Source: Gekko japonicus (lineage: Eukaryota). From it: a stretch of DNA of 64,000 nucleotides. Below are positions 12,677 to 26,098 of this stretch, piece after piece. The position numbers were made by a program, and so were the translations under genes. Each line of letters starts with the position of its first letter. Positions within the stretch are counted from its first letter, which is position 1. The DNA is taken from positions 1 to 64,000 of the forward strand of contig NW_015173763.1 in the NCBI RefSeq assembly GCF_001447785.1. The letters are read 5' to 3'. The notes below the pieces were generated by a model. The model searched no databases. It saw only the letters and a program-made list of their open reading frames with translations, and was not told the DNA's origin.

Positions 12677-12851
12677 CAATGTTCCCTCTAAGCTATGGAG
12701 TCCTTTGAGCAAAAATTCTCCTTTGTGACCTACTAGCATTAAAGTTGTGAGCAGATGATTTAGCTATTGCATAAGTTAGTTTGCTCTGGAGCCATCCTTC
12801 CTGAGCTAAGACAAAAACGTGTGAGCCAGAGGCTAAAAAACTGTGAGCTAG
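12677..12851 (-). mobile_element. Truncated hAT MITE, same family as 23015-23220
   Basis: CAATGTTCCCTCTAAGCT terminus; reverse-complement similarity to 23015-23220. Confidence 0.7.
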
Positions 12852-13313
12852 GAGGGGATGCAGGACAAAGTGAGGTGCCCCCCAAGTTCTTGCAGGTTCT
12901 CCCTGGTGCACATGAGCCCATATCAGCTGGAACCATGTAACTGGGCCATAGCTTTCCTGGGGAGAAGCTGCCAGGGGACGGGAAGGAAGGAAAGCTGAAG
13001 ACATGGTTGCAGATAAAGGTAGGTTGGCTGCTGGGTGTAAAGGAAAGAAGGAAGCAGGAAAAAGGGAGATGCTATGGAGGCTTCCAGGAAAAGGAAAGAG
13101 GATGTAGTGATGGACGGAGAAATGAGATGGTCCCCACAAGTCCTTTTGGGTCCCCCACTTGTATCTAATTCTCAACATGGCCAAACCTGTGGATACATTA
13201 ATCCAGAGACTGGAGTCATGAACAGAAAAAAATAGTTATTATTACAAGAAAAGCCCCATGTTTTCAGAAAAAATTGGAATGGAAAAAACAACAACACTAG
13301 GGCACCCCAACAT

Positions 13314-13608
13314 TAAGGTTGCCAGCCTCCTGATCCAGGCAGTGTGATGACATCACCCAGAAGTAATGTCATCATGCTGCCAACACTGCACAACAATGCT
13401 CTAGTTTTGGCCAATACTCTATGGTAAAATCAGACTCAAACCATAGAGTTTTGCACCAAAACTAGAGCATCACCATGCAACATCGGCAGCACAATGACAT
13501 CACTTCTGGGTGATGTCATCATGCTGAGCACACTTTGCTCACAGCAGAAGCTCCAGGAAAGGCCCATTGTTCTCTCCACTGACAGAAAGATAGGACCTGG
13601 CAACCCTA
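13314..13608. mobile_element. hAT MITE (TAGGGTTGCCA family) with an internal hairpin
   Basis: TIR TAAGGTTGCCAG / CTGGCAACCCTA; perfect 8-bp TSD CCCAACAT. Confidence 0.85.
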
Positions 13609-13847
13609 CCCAACATGGTGCCTGTGGGCACCATGGCACTCACTGAAATCTTTCCTGGTACCTGCCAAGTGTTTTTAGATTGTGGGTAGGGTCAGTTGGG
13701 GCTTTTGTCCAGCAGAGCTTCTAATGGCCTGATTGGCTATGTAAATCTTTTTTAAAATGTTGCTTTGGTAGCGGCTGCCCCCATAGACCAAAAATTTTCA
13801 ATGTATGGCTGAAGGTAAGCTGGGTATATGCAAGAAAATATTTTAAA

Positions 13848-14149
13848 ACAACTACGTTGATTTAAAAGGGCATCCTAATAATGGTGCTTCTGCCTGAATT
13901 GGTTATCAAGGATCCCCCATTGCATAGAATTTGTTGTTGTTCAGTCACACAGTCTAGTCCAACACTTCACAACCCCATGGACCACATCATGCCTGGCCAC
14001 AACTACGTTGATTTAAAAGGGCATCCTGATGATGGTGCTTCTGCTTGAATTGTTAATCAAGGATCCTCCATTGCATAGAATTTGTTGTTGTTCATTCACA
14101 CAGTCTAGTCCAACACTTCGCAACCCCATGGACCACATCATGCCTGGCC
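13848..14149. repeat. 151-bp tandem duplication
   Basis: 13848-13998 and 13999-14149 are near-identical. Confidence 0.92.
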
Positions 14150-14471
14150 CTTCTGTCTTCCGTCGTGCTCTGGAGTTTGCTTGATTTCATATTCATTGCC
14201 TCAATAACACTGTCTAACCATCTCATCCTTTGCCGTCCCCTTCTTCTTTGACCTTCAGTCTTTCCCAGCATCAGGGTCTTCTCCAGTGAGTGCTCCCTTC
14301 TCATTTGGTGGCCAAAGTATTTTAGCTTCAGCTTCATTATCTGGCCTTCCAGGGAACAGTCAGGGTTGATTTCTTTTAGGATTGACTGATTTGGTCTCCT
14401 TGCAGTCCAGGGGACTCTTGAGTCTTCTCCAGCACCATAATTGCATAATTCTCCAGCACCATAATATGCAT
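14082..14471 (-). mobile_element. BovB (RTE) LINE 3' end
   Basis: RVPWTARRPNQSILKEINPDCSLEG..LKYFGH..SLEKTLMLGK..RRRGRQRMRWLD; (CAA)n tail; 12-bp TSD ATTGCATAGAAT. Confidence 0.9.
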
Positions 14472-14950
14472 ATTGCATAGAATAAAGACAATAAACAAAC
14501 CCACCTTTTGTGCATATTCCCATAGAACATTGTAGCCTCTATGGGACACAGAACTATAGGTGATTTCTTGAATAGTAAAGTCCTAAATTGCTTTTAATAT
14601 TCATTAAAATATTTGTACTCTGTGGTAGATACAGGCTACACCTATATGTTACAAATGACACCGAACTATTAACAAGCACTGCAGTCATGTTCCTACCACC
14701 CCCCTTTCTAACACCAAGTACAATTCATTCCTTGACCTTATATCATTCCAATATTTATTCCCAAACCTTCTTTCCACACACTTGCTGCTGCAGTTGGGAG
14801 TGTGGAAATACACAGCCAGTTGATATCATGTACAGAGCACCACGTTTCACAAGATCAATGATGAATAAGATTCTTGTATGACCTTTATTGTTATATCACA
14901 TTTTCCTCAAAAACAAACATTACTGCATGATTGTACAACTCTCTTTTCAG

Positions 14951-15861
14951 ATACTGTGGACTGTTATTTATGTCCAGATTATCATTATCCGAATAAGGAC
15001 CAGAATTTATGCATCTCCAAGGTTTTAAGCTTCTTGTCTTATGAAGAACCACTGGGAATCTGTTTAGCCCTTACTGCTCTTTTATTTTCTTTGGTCACAA
15101 CTCTGGTATTAGCGACATTCATGAAGCACCACACCACTCCCATTGTCAAAGCCAACAACAGGAGCCTCACTTACATGCTTCTTCTCTCCCTATTGCTCTG
15201 TTTCCTTTCTGCATTGCTATTTATTGGCCAACCAGTGAAGATTACTTGTCTCCTTCGCCAATCTGCCTTTGGTATTAGCTTCTCAATGGCCATTTCTTCT
15301 GTGCTATCAAAAACCATTGTGGTGATCTTGGCTTTCAATACTACCAAGCCAGGATCCAGGATGAGGAACTGGGTAGGAAAAAGGCTGACGAAATCCATTG
15401 TTCTGTCTTGTTCCCTTATTCAAGGAGGCATTTGTGTAGTGTGGCTGGCAACCTCTCCACCATTCCCCAATGCTGATGTATATCTGATGACTGAAGAAAT
15501 TTTACTGGAATGTAATGAAGGCTCACCTACCATGTTTTACTGTGTCCTTGGCTATATGAGTTTCCTGGCCATTGTCAGCTTCATTGTGGCTTTCCTTGCC
15601 AGAAAATTACCTGACAGTTTCAATGAAGCCAGATTTATCACTTTCAGCATGTTAGTATTCTGTACTGTTTGGTTGTCCTTTGTTCCAGCCTACCTGAGCA
15701 CCAAAGGAAAATACATGGTAGCTGTGGAGATCTTTTCTATCTTAGCATCTGGTGCTGGTCTTCTGGGATGCATCTTTGCCCCCAAATGCTACATTATTAT
15801 ACTGAAGCATGAGATGAATAAAAAGGAATGGCTCATAAGGAACAGGCACTGTAGAAGTTAA
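14951..15861 (+). CDS. V2R-A exon 6 (7TM domain, stop)
   Basis: tttcag|AT; [38 protein letters not shown]; stop at 15861; spliced CDS 2631 nt = 876 aa. Confidence 0.95.
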
Positions 15862-17080
15862 GTATCCCAGTTGCTGGTTTCAACAGACTTCTGGGTCATC
15901 TTCAAGGGTAGGCTCACATATATTGTTACAATAACCTAGTCTCAAGATTACAGAATCATGGAACAGCATGGGCAGAACACGGAGGTCGAAGTGCATGATT
16001 TGCCACTATATTTGCCTGATCTAATGGAAGTATCCAAATAGACTTAGGCTTGTGAAGAGTGACTGGCCCAAATTCACCCTGCAAGTTCCTCAGCAGAATG
16101 GGAATATGAATCCAGATCTCCTGGATCCTTGTCTGGCACTTTAACCATTACAGAACAGTGGCATACAAAATGAGCATGTTATGCAATCTGATTAAATCAG
16201 ATTTTACAACTGATAGTGGACCCCTGCTCCCTCAGTGGATCAACTCCTGTTCCAAGAAACTTTGGAGAGGCAATTTAATTTTACAGTCTGAAACTCAATC
16301 CTAACAGTGATGGCTCCAAACCCCATAAACCTTTACCAAGGTCTGGGGGGGGGATTTAAATACAATTTAGCCAAGCATAAACCTTATTTTCATTACAAAG
16401 ACTGAAAAAGATGAAGTGTTTTCTTCTGGGTGCATGCAGAGTGCATTTTCCTCACCACCCAGTTGGTGCTGTGAGCACTGGAGAGAGAAATAAATGACTA
16501 CAGACAATGCAAAATCTTTGTTAAAAATAAGACCACATACACATAGTGATCACTAGCTATAACCGAAATAAATGACTGGCAAACTAGTGAAGATTTGCAT
16601 TTCACTTTTTTTTCCCCAGCAAAAAAAAACAAGCAGTGATTCCTGCTACGGCCGATAATTTGGACTTGATAAATCTCTTATTAGCCTCATGTTAGGTCTG
16701 CAGTCTGTTCTGTGGAGTGTAGTTATAGTAATTTATTGAGTTAGATCCTTGTTGTTTTATAAAGTAGTTTATATGAACTTTTTTAAAATTATGGGGGGGG
16801 GGTGAGGGAACCCAGGGGATTGTTGATGTTAATTTTAATGTAAATTTTTCATTTTTTTAAATTAAAAAAAAAGATTTGCATTTCACAGAAAGGAACTCAT
16901 GAATCTGAGTTTATACATTTGCCTGTACAATTTATACCTATTCAAAATAAAGAACATCTGCCATTAACTTGCATTTCTTTTTACATTATGTAATAACTTA
17001 GTTTAACTTAATTACATGCATACACAATGACTTGGCTGGCCCGGTTCGGGATTTCCTTCTTTTATTTGCTTAAAGATAAG

Positions 17081-17470
17081 AGGGGTCCCCAACCTTGATG
17101 AACTTCTGGAATTCTGAGAAAGTATTGGTAGGCAACAAAATGGCTCCTAAGGGGGTGGGACCAATTACAAAATGGCTGCCATGAGGGCTGCATCCAATCA
17201 CAAAAAGTTGGGGAGGTTCCCTAAAATGTCAGAATGTTTGAAGGCAAGGATGCTCTTATGATGGAAGCTGGTTCCAAATTGGTGCTTCTTACAGACACAA
17301 AGGTGATGCCTCCTAGGATCTTTGGAAGCAACTCCTGCTCCAGTGCAGTAGACAAAAGCCAGGATTTTTTCTTTGCTTTGAAGAAGAGATACTTTAGACA
17401 AGAAAAAGGGGCCACCTAGAACTAAATTGGCAAGTGCCGTGACAGCAATTGGCACCATGTTGGGGACCAA
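17081..17470. mobile_element. hAT-like MITE
   Basis: AGGGGTCCCCAAC ... GTTGGGGACC termini. Confidence 0.55.
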
Positions 17471-17839
17471 CAAATCCTTTTTTGTGGTGAAAATTGAATC
17501 ATTCTTGCTGATACTCTCCCATTCCATAGCACTTTCCCCCCTTATCTATCTAGGAATAGAGCAAGAAGGCTATTAAGACAATACATCTTTGTCCTCTTGC
17601 AATAGGTATGAAGACACTGGGAAGATATTAAGTGGATGAAAGTTAATCTCAATATCTTTCATTTTCAAGAAACTACACACATGAAAAAGTAATCATATTC
17701 TTAAGGACAGCAATGTCCAAAAACTTTGATTTCTTCTCTGACTTCAGTCCAAGGACTTTAATAATACTTCTGTTCAAATGTGACAAATCCATGTTATTTA
17801 GCAATGTAGCAAGGGAAAAACATTGTCTCCAGCAATGCA

Positions 17840-17950
17840 TCTATAATTATTTCTGTAACTTGCTAACTCCCTAGCGGAGCACCAGCTTCTAGTAATAAAA
17901 GCAATATGAAAAAACTGGGAAGGATAACATAAATATATGCCATTCAGAAT
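17840..17950 (+). promoter_or_regulatory. Putative V2R-B proximal promoter
   Basis: TAATTA 17844, CTCCCTAGCGGAG 17867, CATAAATATAT..TTCAGAAT 17928-17950. Confidence 0.5.
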
Positions 17951-18184
17951 GGGAGCAACAGACTAGAGACAGATGAGGTTCCATCAGAGATTTGACACCT
18001 TATGTTTTATATCCCAATGCCAGGGCTTAGTGCCCCAAAGGCCCTATTGTTCTGTTCTCTATTAAGCCTATTAGAAGAGTCCGTGGCCATTCAAGTAAGG
18101 TATTTATAATCACGGAGACTGTAATGACAGTGTTGTAGATACAACTAAGGCAATCTTAGTCTAGAGATATTGTTTTTCCTCAGG

Positions 18185-18402
18185 ATGGGGATAGTAGGAG
18201 TATTGGTTTTACTGACGCTTCTCCACTTGGTTTGCAGTGCTTCTCTTTCTAAATGTGGGTTCCAGTATCCTCAATATACCCTTCACAAATATCATCAGTC
18301 AGGAGATCTCATCTTTGGTGGCATTGCTTCCCAGATAATTTTTCACTCTGGCCCAAATTCTTTCACCCAACAGCCTCTTCCAACATTGCAAAAGGATTTC
18401 TT
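18185..18402 (+). CDS. V2R-B exon 1; vomeronasal type-2 receptor
   Basis: MGIVGVLVLL...LHKYHQSGDLIFGGI; donor TT|GTAAGG; 218 nt. Confidence 0.92.
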
Positions 18403-20042
18403 GTAAGGAAACAGTATTTTTATTTTCTTTTTAAATTTTTTATTAACTTTGTGATAAATTGTATTATCTATCAAGCCAATCATATGAGCAGGCTTCAGCT
18501 CCAGTGATACATATGGTAGCTTCCATAGCTGGAGCTTAAACTAGAGTTTAATGCTGCACTCCCATTATTTTAGTATGCAGTGCTTCTCAAGGGGATTGTA
18601 AGCAATCCCTGATCTTTTAAAAATTACCCCAGAAAAGTCACTGCATTTTGTACTCACTAGAGTGTCCAGGGAAGAGTGGAGTAGAATTTGTGTTGGAATT
18701 CCATGCTTTGTGTGGGCTCAGAAAGTTCTGCTCAAGCACTTGCAGCCTCAGAATAATAACTTCTTAGTTCATGCTGCAAGCAACAATATTACAAGCAATA
18801 AAAAGGTTTCAGTAACGTGTTCTCTTTCCTATATATAAATCTCTTAGTACATCCTGATTTGGGTCCAGCCAGGAAAAAAAAAGGAAACCTTATGAAATAA
18901 GACAGAATGCTTGAAGACTTTGAAACAGTATTTAGCTTCCTTTTATGACATTATTGCTTGCCTACATTTCCTTTCTGATCTTATTTCCAGATGTTTCCAC
19001 AATCAAATTCCTACCATAACATGTTTTCCCTACCATAATAAATGTGTACATAACTTGCAAGTCAGCATAAGGATATACATATATATTATATTCTGTTATA
19101 CAGTTCCAGATCACTCCGTCTGATGGGTGGGATCCAACCAGCTTTCCATCTCAATTACTGTCCTCATTACTGCCCTGTTACACATGGCTTTTGCTAAGCA
19201 ACTTTGCTTAGGGTGGCTCTGTTAGTTTGTAAGTCTGATGCATACAAAGTACCTATGGCCAGCATTGTAGTTTGAATTTTAATTGCTTTGAGCCATGTTT
19301 GGAGACAATGTTTGAAATGTAGATGAAAATGTAATAAAATACACTTCAGAACAAGGTTGAAGTATGAATATCTCACTCTACTCAAACCCTTGTTGCATTA
19401 GTAAGCCTGTGCAAGAGTGCTATTTGACAAGAGCTGTAGTGAAGAAAAGTTGATTTTTAGTCCCTAAATGTTATCTGATGGGAGCCATGGTTCTGGTTTG
19501 CATGTGCTTTGTAGCTACCCCATTTTCCAGTCTTGTGGCCATCCTCACCAAGGAACATATGTGTATGTGTGTAAGAGATGGTCAATCAAGCTACTCATGT
19601 CCAAGTGATTTAATCAAGGTCTGTTTGCTTGTAATGGAACAACACATGTGTTTTCCATGTTCTATCTTAGCTATAACTATATTGTCAGATTTCTCATTTC
19701 TCTAACATCCCCTTTAAATCCATATTCCTTTTATGTTATTTTATGTCATTCAAATGTCATGAAGTCTCCTCTTGGGTGTCTTTCTACACTCATCCAATTT
19801 GCAGTTATTTCTCAATTTTGTTTTCAGAGGCCAAATGTATAATTAGTTTATTGCCTTCAATTAATGGCAGATTCCTTGTTTAGATCCTGAAAGATGACCC
19901 TGGATGAAGGTCTCTTCACATTAAATGCAATATACAAATACTAGTGTGATGGATAACAATGTGGAATATGTATGAAACAATAGCAATATTTGTAGCAAGT
20001 ACTAGACTATCCTTCTGACATAACCTACATGTCTCTTTATAG

Positions 20043-20334
20043 GGCAATGACTCAAAACTATCAGCACATCCTAGCCTTGGTATTTGCTATAAAGGAAGTC
20101 AGTGAGAATCCCCACATCTTACCCAATGTCACCCTCGGATTCCATATCTATGATAGCTATTCAAAAGCAAAGTGGACCTATCAAGCCATGTTGCAACTTA
20201 CTTCCACAAAGAACAGATTTACCCCCAACTACAAGTGTGACATTCAGGATAATCTCATTGCAATCACAGGTGGACTTCGTTCTGAAACATCTTATCATAT
20301 AGCAAACATTGTGAGCCTGTACAAGATCCCTCAG
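20043..20334 (+). CDS. V2R-B exon 2
   Basis: atag|G; NYQHILALVFAIKEV...YKIPQ|GTATG; 292 nt. Confidence 0.95.
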
Positions 20335-20829
20335 GTATGATATCTGTGAGGGAAGTGGATATTCATGAATAATTGCCATTTTGATTTCCAGATATTATTT
20401 TGTGATGCAGAGATGACTGCATTTGTGAGCCAGAGATGGCTGCATTTTATGTAACTAGCAAACCCTTCATTCTGTGTGACTAGGAAAGACAAACTTATTC
20501 ATTCACACATCTGCATCTCACATTAGAGAGGACTGCCTATGCCTTTAAAGCCAAATTTTAAAGACGTTTAAGAAAATACCCAATTGGAATAATTTTCTTT
20601 GCAGAAGCAGCAAAGAAACTCAGAAGAACATGACTTAACTATGTTTGTTTGGCTTGTTTTTGCAATGATTATGAGATGAATTTTAGTAAGTGCAGAAAGG
20701 AATTAATAATATTAATTACATTGATGAATTGCATTAATGTGTCATATTAGCCATTGACTGTACTAACCAGAAATGGTTCAAGTGGAGGATTTCAGGAAGA
20801 ATTCCAGATGTGACCACTGAGTACCAATG

Positions 20830-21116
20830 AAAGAAGAAGAAGAAGAAGAAGAAGAGAAGAGATTGGATTTATACCCCACCCTTCACTCGGAGTCTCAGAG
20901 CGGCTTACAAACTCCTTTCCCTTCCCCTCCCCAAAACAGACACCCTGTGAGGTAGGTGGGGCTGAGAGAGCTCTATGAAGAACTGCCCTTTCAAGGACAG
21001 TTCTGACAGAACTATGGCTTGCCCAAGGTCATCCAGCAGCTGCAAGTGGAAGAGTGGGGAATCAAACCTGGTTCTCCCAGATTAGAGTCCACACACTTAA
21101 CGGCTACACCAAACTG
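20830..21116 (-). mobile_element. Squam3-type SINE (gecko-type, (CTT)n tail)
   Basis: Minus-strand head CCAGTTTGGTGTAGCCGTTAAG; (GAA)n on + strand; homologous to 56779-57055. Confidence 0.85.
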
Positions 21117-21804
21117 GGAAAAGGAGTTTTGGTGCCAAAGTGGAGGGCACCAGGAGGTGGTGCTAGAGGCTCTAGTGGCTCAGCTACTTCCTGCTCATGC
21201 AAGGACTCTTGTGTACATGGAAGTCTTCCATGGCATCCACCCATTGACTCTGATTTAGGATGCAACAAAAGTGAAGCTATAAAAGTGAGCAGGACTTTTT
21301 TCTTAATTTCCTCTACACATTGGGTATATCCAGCCAGGCTTTTTGATGATGAAGAAGGAAGGAAGGGTCTCCTTTGACCAGCCAAAAGGGCTATGTTGGG
21401 GATCATGGGACCTTCAGGGGCCAAAGCCATATGGGAGTCAGGCTTTAGTAACAAAGAGAATTAGATGAGGTTGAGTGAAAGAGCTGGCCAGAATTTATCT
21501 ATTGTATTTCATAATATATATAGTCTTCTTCTGTCTTTGATACCAAACAATGAAAAATGTTGATGTATGTCAAGAAACATGGAGATAAACTAAAGACTGG
21601 AAAAAACCAGAGAATATACCAATACGGAATTATGGGGCCTGACGATTGTACAAGGGCCTCAAGAAAGATTTTCCTTAATGCATGAAAGCAGTTGTTAAAG
21701 TTTTTAATAATGCTCCACAGTACACTTTCTTTCATACACAGACAAAAAGATCTCTTTATTTCTGAAAACCTTTCTCCTGTACTTCCCTCCAAATGTATCT
21801 CTAG

Positions 21805-22662
21805 CTCTTGTATGGATTTACACCAGAGCAGAATGATAAAATGCAAGTTCTTTTCTCCTACCGGATGTTTCCAAATGAAGCCCTTCAGTACAGGGGCATT
21901 CTCCAGTTACTTCTCCATTTCAAGTGGACATGGATTGGTTTCATTGCTGATAACAGTGAGAACGGAGAAAGATTTCTGCAGAGGATGCTTCCAGATTTTT
22001 CCCAGAATGGCCTCTGTTTTGCCTTCACAGGAGCATACCCCAATTTAGGTTTCGATGATAATATTGGAGTCACATGGGAGTGGATGGTGGAAATGTATAA
22101 TAAAGTCATGAACAGTAGAGCTAATGCAATCATCTTCTATGGAGAAGCTGATTCTATGATAAATTTCAGGTGGTTGCTGCATGTGCCAGATGTTGAAGAT
22201 GAAATAGCAAAGCCCAAAGGTAAAGTGTGGATTCTGACAGCCCAGATGGACTTCATGTCACTTCCCTATCAATATACTTGGGATATTCAAGTCATCCATG
22301 GTGCTATATCCTTTGCAATTCACTCCAGCGAGCTCCCTGGATTCCAGCAGTTTCTTCATAGCAGAAATCCTTCTAGCATAAAAGAAGATAGTTTTATCAG
22401 GGCCTTCTGGGCAAAGGCATTTGACTGTGTATTCTCAAACTCTGTCTCAGATGAGGCTGAAGAGAAGATGTGCACTGGAGAAGAGAGGCTGGAGCACCTT
22501 CCAAGACACATTTTTGAAACAAGCATGACTGGCCACAGCTACAATATCTATAATGCTGTGCAAGTTGTGGCCCATGCTTTACATGCTATGTATTCCTCTG
22601 GATTGAGAAGTACAACAATGATACCAGAAAAAAAGAAGCTTCAGAAGGAGCAGCCCTGGCAG
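21805..22662 (+). CDS. V2R-B exon 3
   Basis: ctag|LLYGFTP...QPWQ|GTACC; 858 nt open. Confidence 0.95.
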
Positions 22663-23014
22663 GTACCAGTGTAAACAAAATTGGTGTGAATGCATGAAGT
22701 ATATGGAAGACTGGGAAGACAGTTGCTTCTATACATACCTTCTCTATGTAAAAGAAGTTTGTCTAACAAGCATATTCCTGGTTTCACACACCCATCTTCT
22801 CAGCTTTGTGAGCAATAAATGGCATTCCCAGCATCCTCCTCTGTGTTCCACTAACTTGCTTTTGTTTTGCTCATTCTGTCTTCCTGCTGTATCTATGGGT
22901 ATAAAACCTTCTTCTGTCACACACACACACCCCTTTGATCTGGCTGCAAATAGGTAGTGCAGCTTTTAGTATACTTATGTATGTGTCCTCATGATGCAAC
23001 TGCTTTATGGTGAA

Positions 23015-23220
23015 CAGTGTTCCCTCTAAGCTGAATTAGTGTGAGATAGCTCACAGTGGTTTAGCCTCTGGCTCACACCTTTTTGCCTTCGCTCGAGAAG
23101 GATGGCTCCAGAGCAGATTAATTTACGCAGTACCCAAATCGCTTGGTCACAACTTTAATGCCAGTAGCTCACAAAGTAGGATTTTCGCTCACAAGACTCC
23201 ACAGCTTAGAGGGAGCATTG
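23015..23220. mobile_element. hAT MITE
   Basis: TIR CAGTGTTCCCTCTAAGCTG / CAGCTTAGAGGGAGCATTG; TSD ATGGTGAA/ATGGTGAC. Confidence 0.85.
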
Positions 23221-23394
23221 ATGGTGACCTCAGCAAGGGGCATTCAAGGCATGTGAGAAGTAGGTGTAGCTTGTCTTGGCCTTCTTCTGCAGAGCCTAAC
23301 CTGATGGATAGATTAAGATGATTAGATACCGACTCTGGTTAGATTCCAAGATTTGGGGGGGGGGTGTGCATGTGCGTCCGTGTCCACTTGCATG

Positions 23395-23592
23395 CCTGGA
23401 AGTCATGGTGACTTCTGGCAACCCCTAGTGGGGCTAGGACATTTCAGAGAGGTGGCTAGATATTTGCCTGCTTCTGCATCCCAGCCCTGGTATTACTTGG
23501 AGGTCTCCCTTCCACGTACTTGCCAGGGTCGGCACTGCTTAGTTTCCAAGATCTGACGAGACTGGGTTTGCCTTGGTTATCCAGGTCAGGGC
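23395..23592 (-). mobile_element. 5S rRNA-derived SINE (5S-Sauria-like)
   Basis: Minus strand TCTCGTCAGATCTTGGAAACTAAGCAG..CCCTGGCAAGTACGTGGAAGGGAGACC matches the 5S rRNA internal region. Confidence 0.75.
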
Positions 23593-25330
23593 ATTAGCTT
23601 CTGAGATTTGACAAGATTAGGCTATGCCATGCTGCTTTCCCTCCCACTTTTACTGTAGCATGTGCATTTAAGCTCCATACAAGAACACTGTATTTCATTA
23701 GTGACCAGACCCCTCCCCATTCAGTTATGAGAGTTATGATGAGCACTGCTGGAAAATTCTTGGAGTGCAAATTCTTCCCCTCAAAGAAGTCTGTATTTAT
23801 TTGTCATTAGTCTTTCTTGGAGTCATTAGTCATTCTTGGAGTGCAAATTCTTCCCCTCAAAGAAGTCTGTATTTATTTGTCATTAGTCTCCCCTGGCCCT
23901 CAACTTCCTTGTGACCCCTACCGCAATCCCCTGCAGTTATTTTGATTCATAGGTTGCCACTTGCTCAGCAGCAATTGTTGAGGTGAAGGGATCTTTATTT
24001 CTTTTCTACTCCTCTCCTCTCCTCTCCTCCCAGGATGCACATGACTATAACAGGTTCCAGTTACTAGGATGCTGGAAAACATGGTCCATCAGCCAACTTT
24101 GGTAGTATAAAGCACTTAAGGGGAAGAAGGGTAGGTATAGGGGAACGGGGAGCCAGAGATCTCCTTCCATCTCTGCTGCTACAGAAACTGCCAAAGCAGC
24201 CAGGGCTGCCAAAAGACACCATGGGAAATTATTCCTTTCCTTCTCCATTCATGCCATTGAAGAAGAGACAAACATCAATGAGGAAGGGAACTGACCAATT
24301 CCAAATGGAATAGAGATGGGAAAAGCCTTTCTTGGAACCCATAGTCATTCACATTAACCATTTGCTGCACTAAGATCATAGCTAGTGCTTTTTGGTGCTT
24401 AGGGTATCAAACAGCAAAGCATTAAAATGAGTGATGATGGATGCCTAGAGAGGCTTCTGGCTGTTGCTGAAGTCTTGAGAATACAGGAGTCCTGTGGACT
24501 CAGAACATGAGAGCAAAATCAGCCACCTGGATTGTGCGGCTGTCCATTCTCCTTGCAAGCAAGGTGTGGGGGATTTTGTACTGCAGCTCCCACGAAGTCC
24601 CACATTTTAGTAGCCCAAACAGCAGCAGACAGGTGCAGCAATATCATCTTAGGGCCAGAGTAGAAGTGAAATAGAAGATTTTTAATGAGGCTCTCATTCA
24701 TCTGCTTTATCTTTTCGCAGTCTGATCTGAAGATCAGCCAATTAGTACTGGGGAGTATGGACTCAGTGTGTTGTAGCTTACCCTGCTGAAGTTCTGGTTA
24801 CCTGCACAAGTTAAAGAAAGCTAGATCAGATGCTGTAACAACAGGATAACATTCAACTAATGACCTCTATAGACAATCTACGGCTGAAAACAATCAGCAG
24901 CAAAAATGTTGAGTATGCAGGCCAAGATATTAAAATGATAACATCACAGACCAATGGGTCTGAGCACTCCTTTGTTCTCACAAAGAATGTGATGGATGCT
25001 GAGGACTTAACAAACCTCATCTGCTCCCTCTCAGTTGACAGCCTTCCACACAGAAGTTCCACCATGAAGTAGCAGTGTGTTTTCAAAGGTGTGTGACTAG
25101 GCTATTCAAACAGGTCGTTCGGTTGAATGAAAGTTCAACTGGCATAAGAAAAGAATTCAAAATTAGGAGGGAGATTTTAGCTTGGTTCTTATGTTTAAAG
25201 GGTGGCTCTGACGTGGACAAAATGGCCCTTGATCAATAGCAGATGTTTCTAGTTCATTGCCTATGTTTTCATTCCTGGTTCTCCAGTTGCCTCCATTTGT
25301 GAAACTCTTTCGATTTCCTTTTCTGTCTAG

Positions 25331-25558
25331 CTCCATCACTTTCTGAGAGGTGTCTCATTTAACAACAGCGTTGGGGACAAGGTTTCCTTTGACCACAATG
25401 GGGATTTAGAAGCAGGATTTGATGTTATCAACTGGGTCACATTCCCAAACCAATCTTTTGTTAGAGTGAAAGTTGGTAAGATGGATCCCCAGGCTCCTCC
25501 TTATCATGAGCTTACTGTTAATGAGGATGCTATCGTATGGCACAGCAGGTTTAATCAG
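25331..25558 (+). CDS. V2R-B exon 4
   Basis: ctag|LHHFLRGVSFNNSVG...RFNQ|GTAGG; 228 nt, translated by hand with no stop. Confidence 0.95.
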
Positions 25559-25779
25559 GTAGGACTTGAATGAACACCTTTTTGGGAAGTGTCCCAAGGA
25601 GCAATGAGTGACTGAATTTTAGCAGAGAATCTGTAGGATACAAGTCACATATTTTTAAAATTTTATTATTTTTTTCCTCCACAATGGGGACTCAAAGTGG
25701 TTTACAATATAAAGAAATATAGTACAAACAAAGAGGAGAAAGGGGGAAAATTCTGAATGCAGAACAAGTCTGTCTCTCC

Positions 25780-26077
25780 TAGGGTTACCAGGCTGCTTGC
25801 TGCTCTGTGTTGCTCTGTGGAGCAGCAGGGGGGGGGGGAATAGAGAAATCAGTGCAATGCATAACGTATCTTCCAGTGGAGAGGGTGGAAATTATATCAC
25901 AGTGTCAGTGATGATATAGTAATTTCCTGAATCTCTATGGTATTTACGGCATTGATCCTGTGAGATTACTTCCACATGTTCAACCAGAAGTTATGGCATG
26001 ACATTAGTGATACCTCCCCTCTCCAGGATCTATCCCAAATTGGCCCTGGGGTTACAAGCAGAGGGCTGGCAACTCTA
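25780..26077. mobile_element. hAT MITE (TAGGGTTGCCA family)
   Basis: TAGGGTTACCAG / CTGGCAACTCTA termini. Confidence 0.65.
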
Positions 26078-26098
26078 GTCCTAGCTTCAAATTCATAG

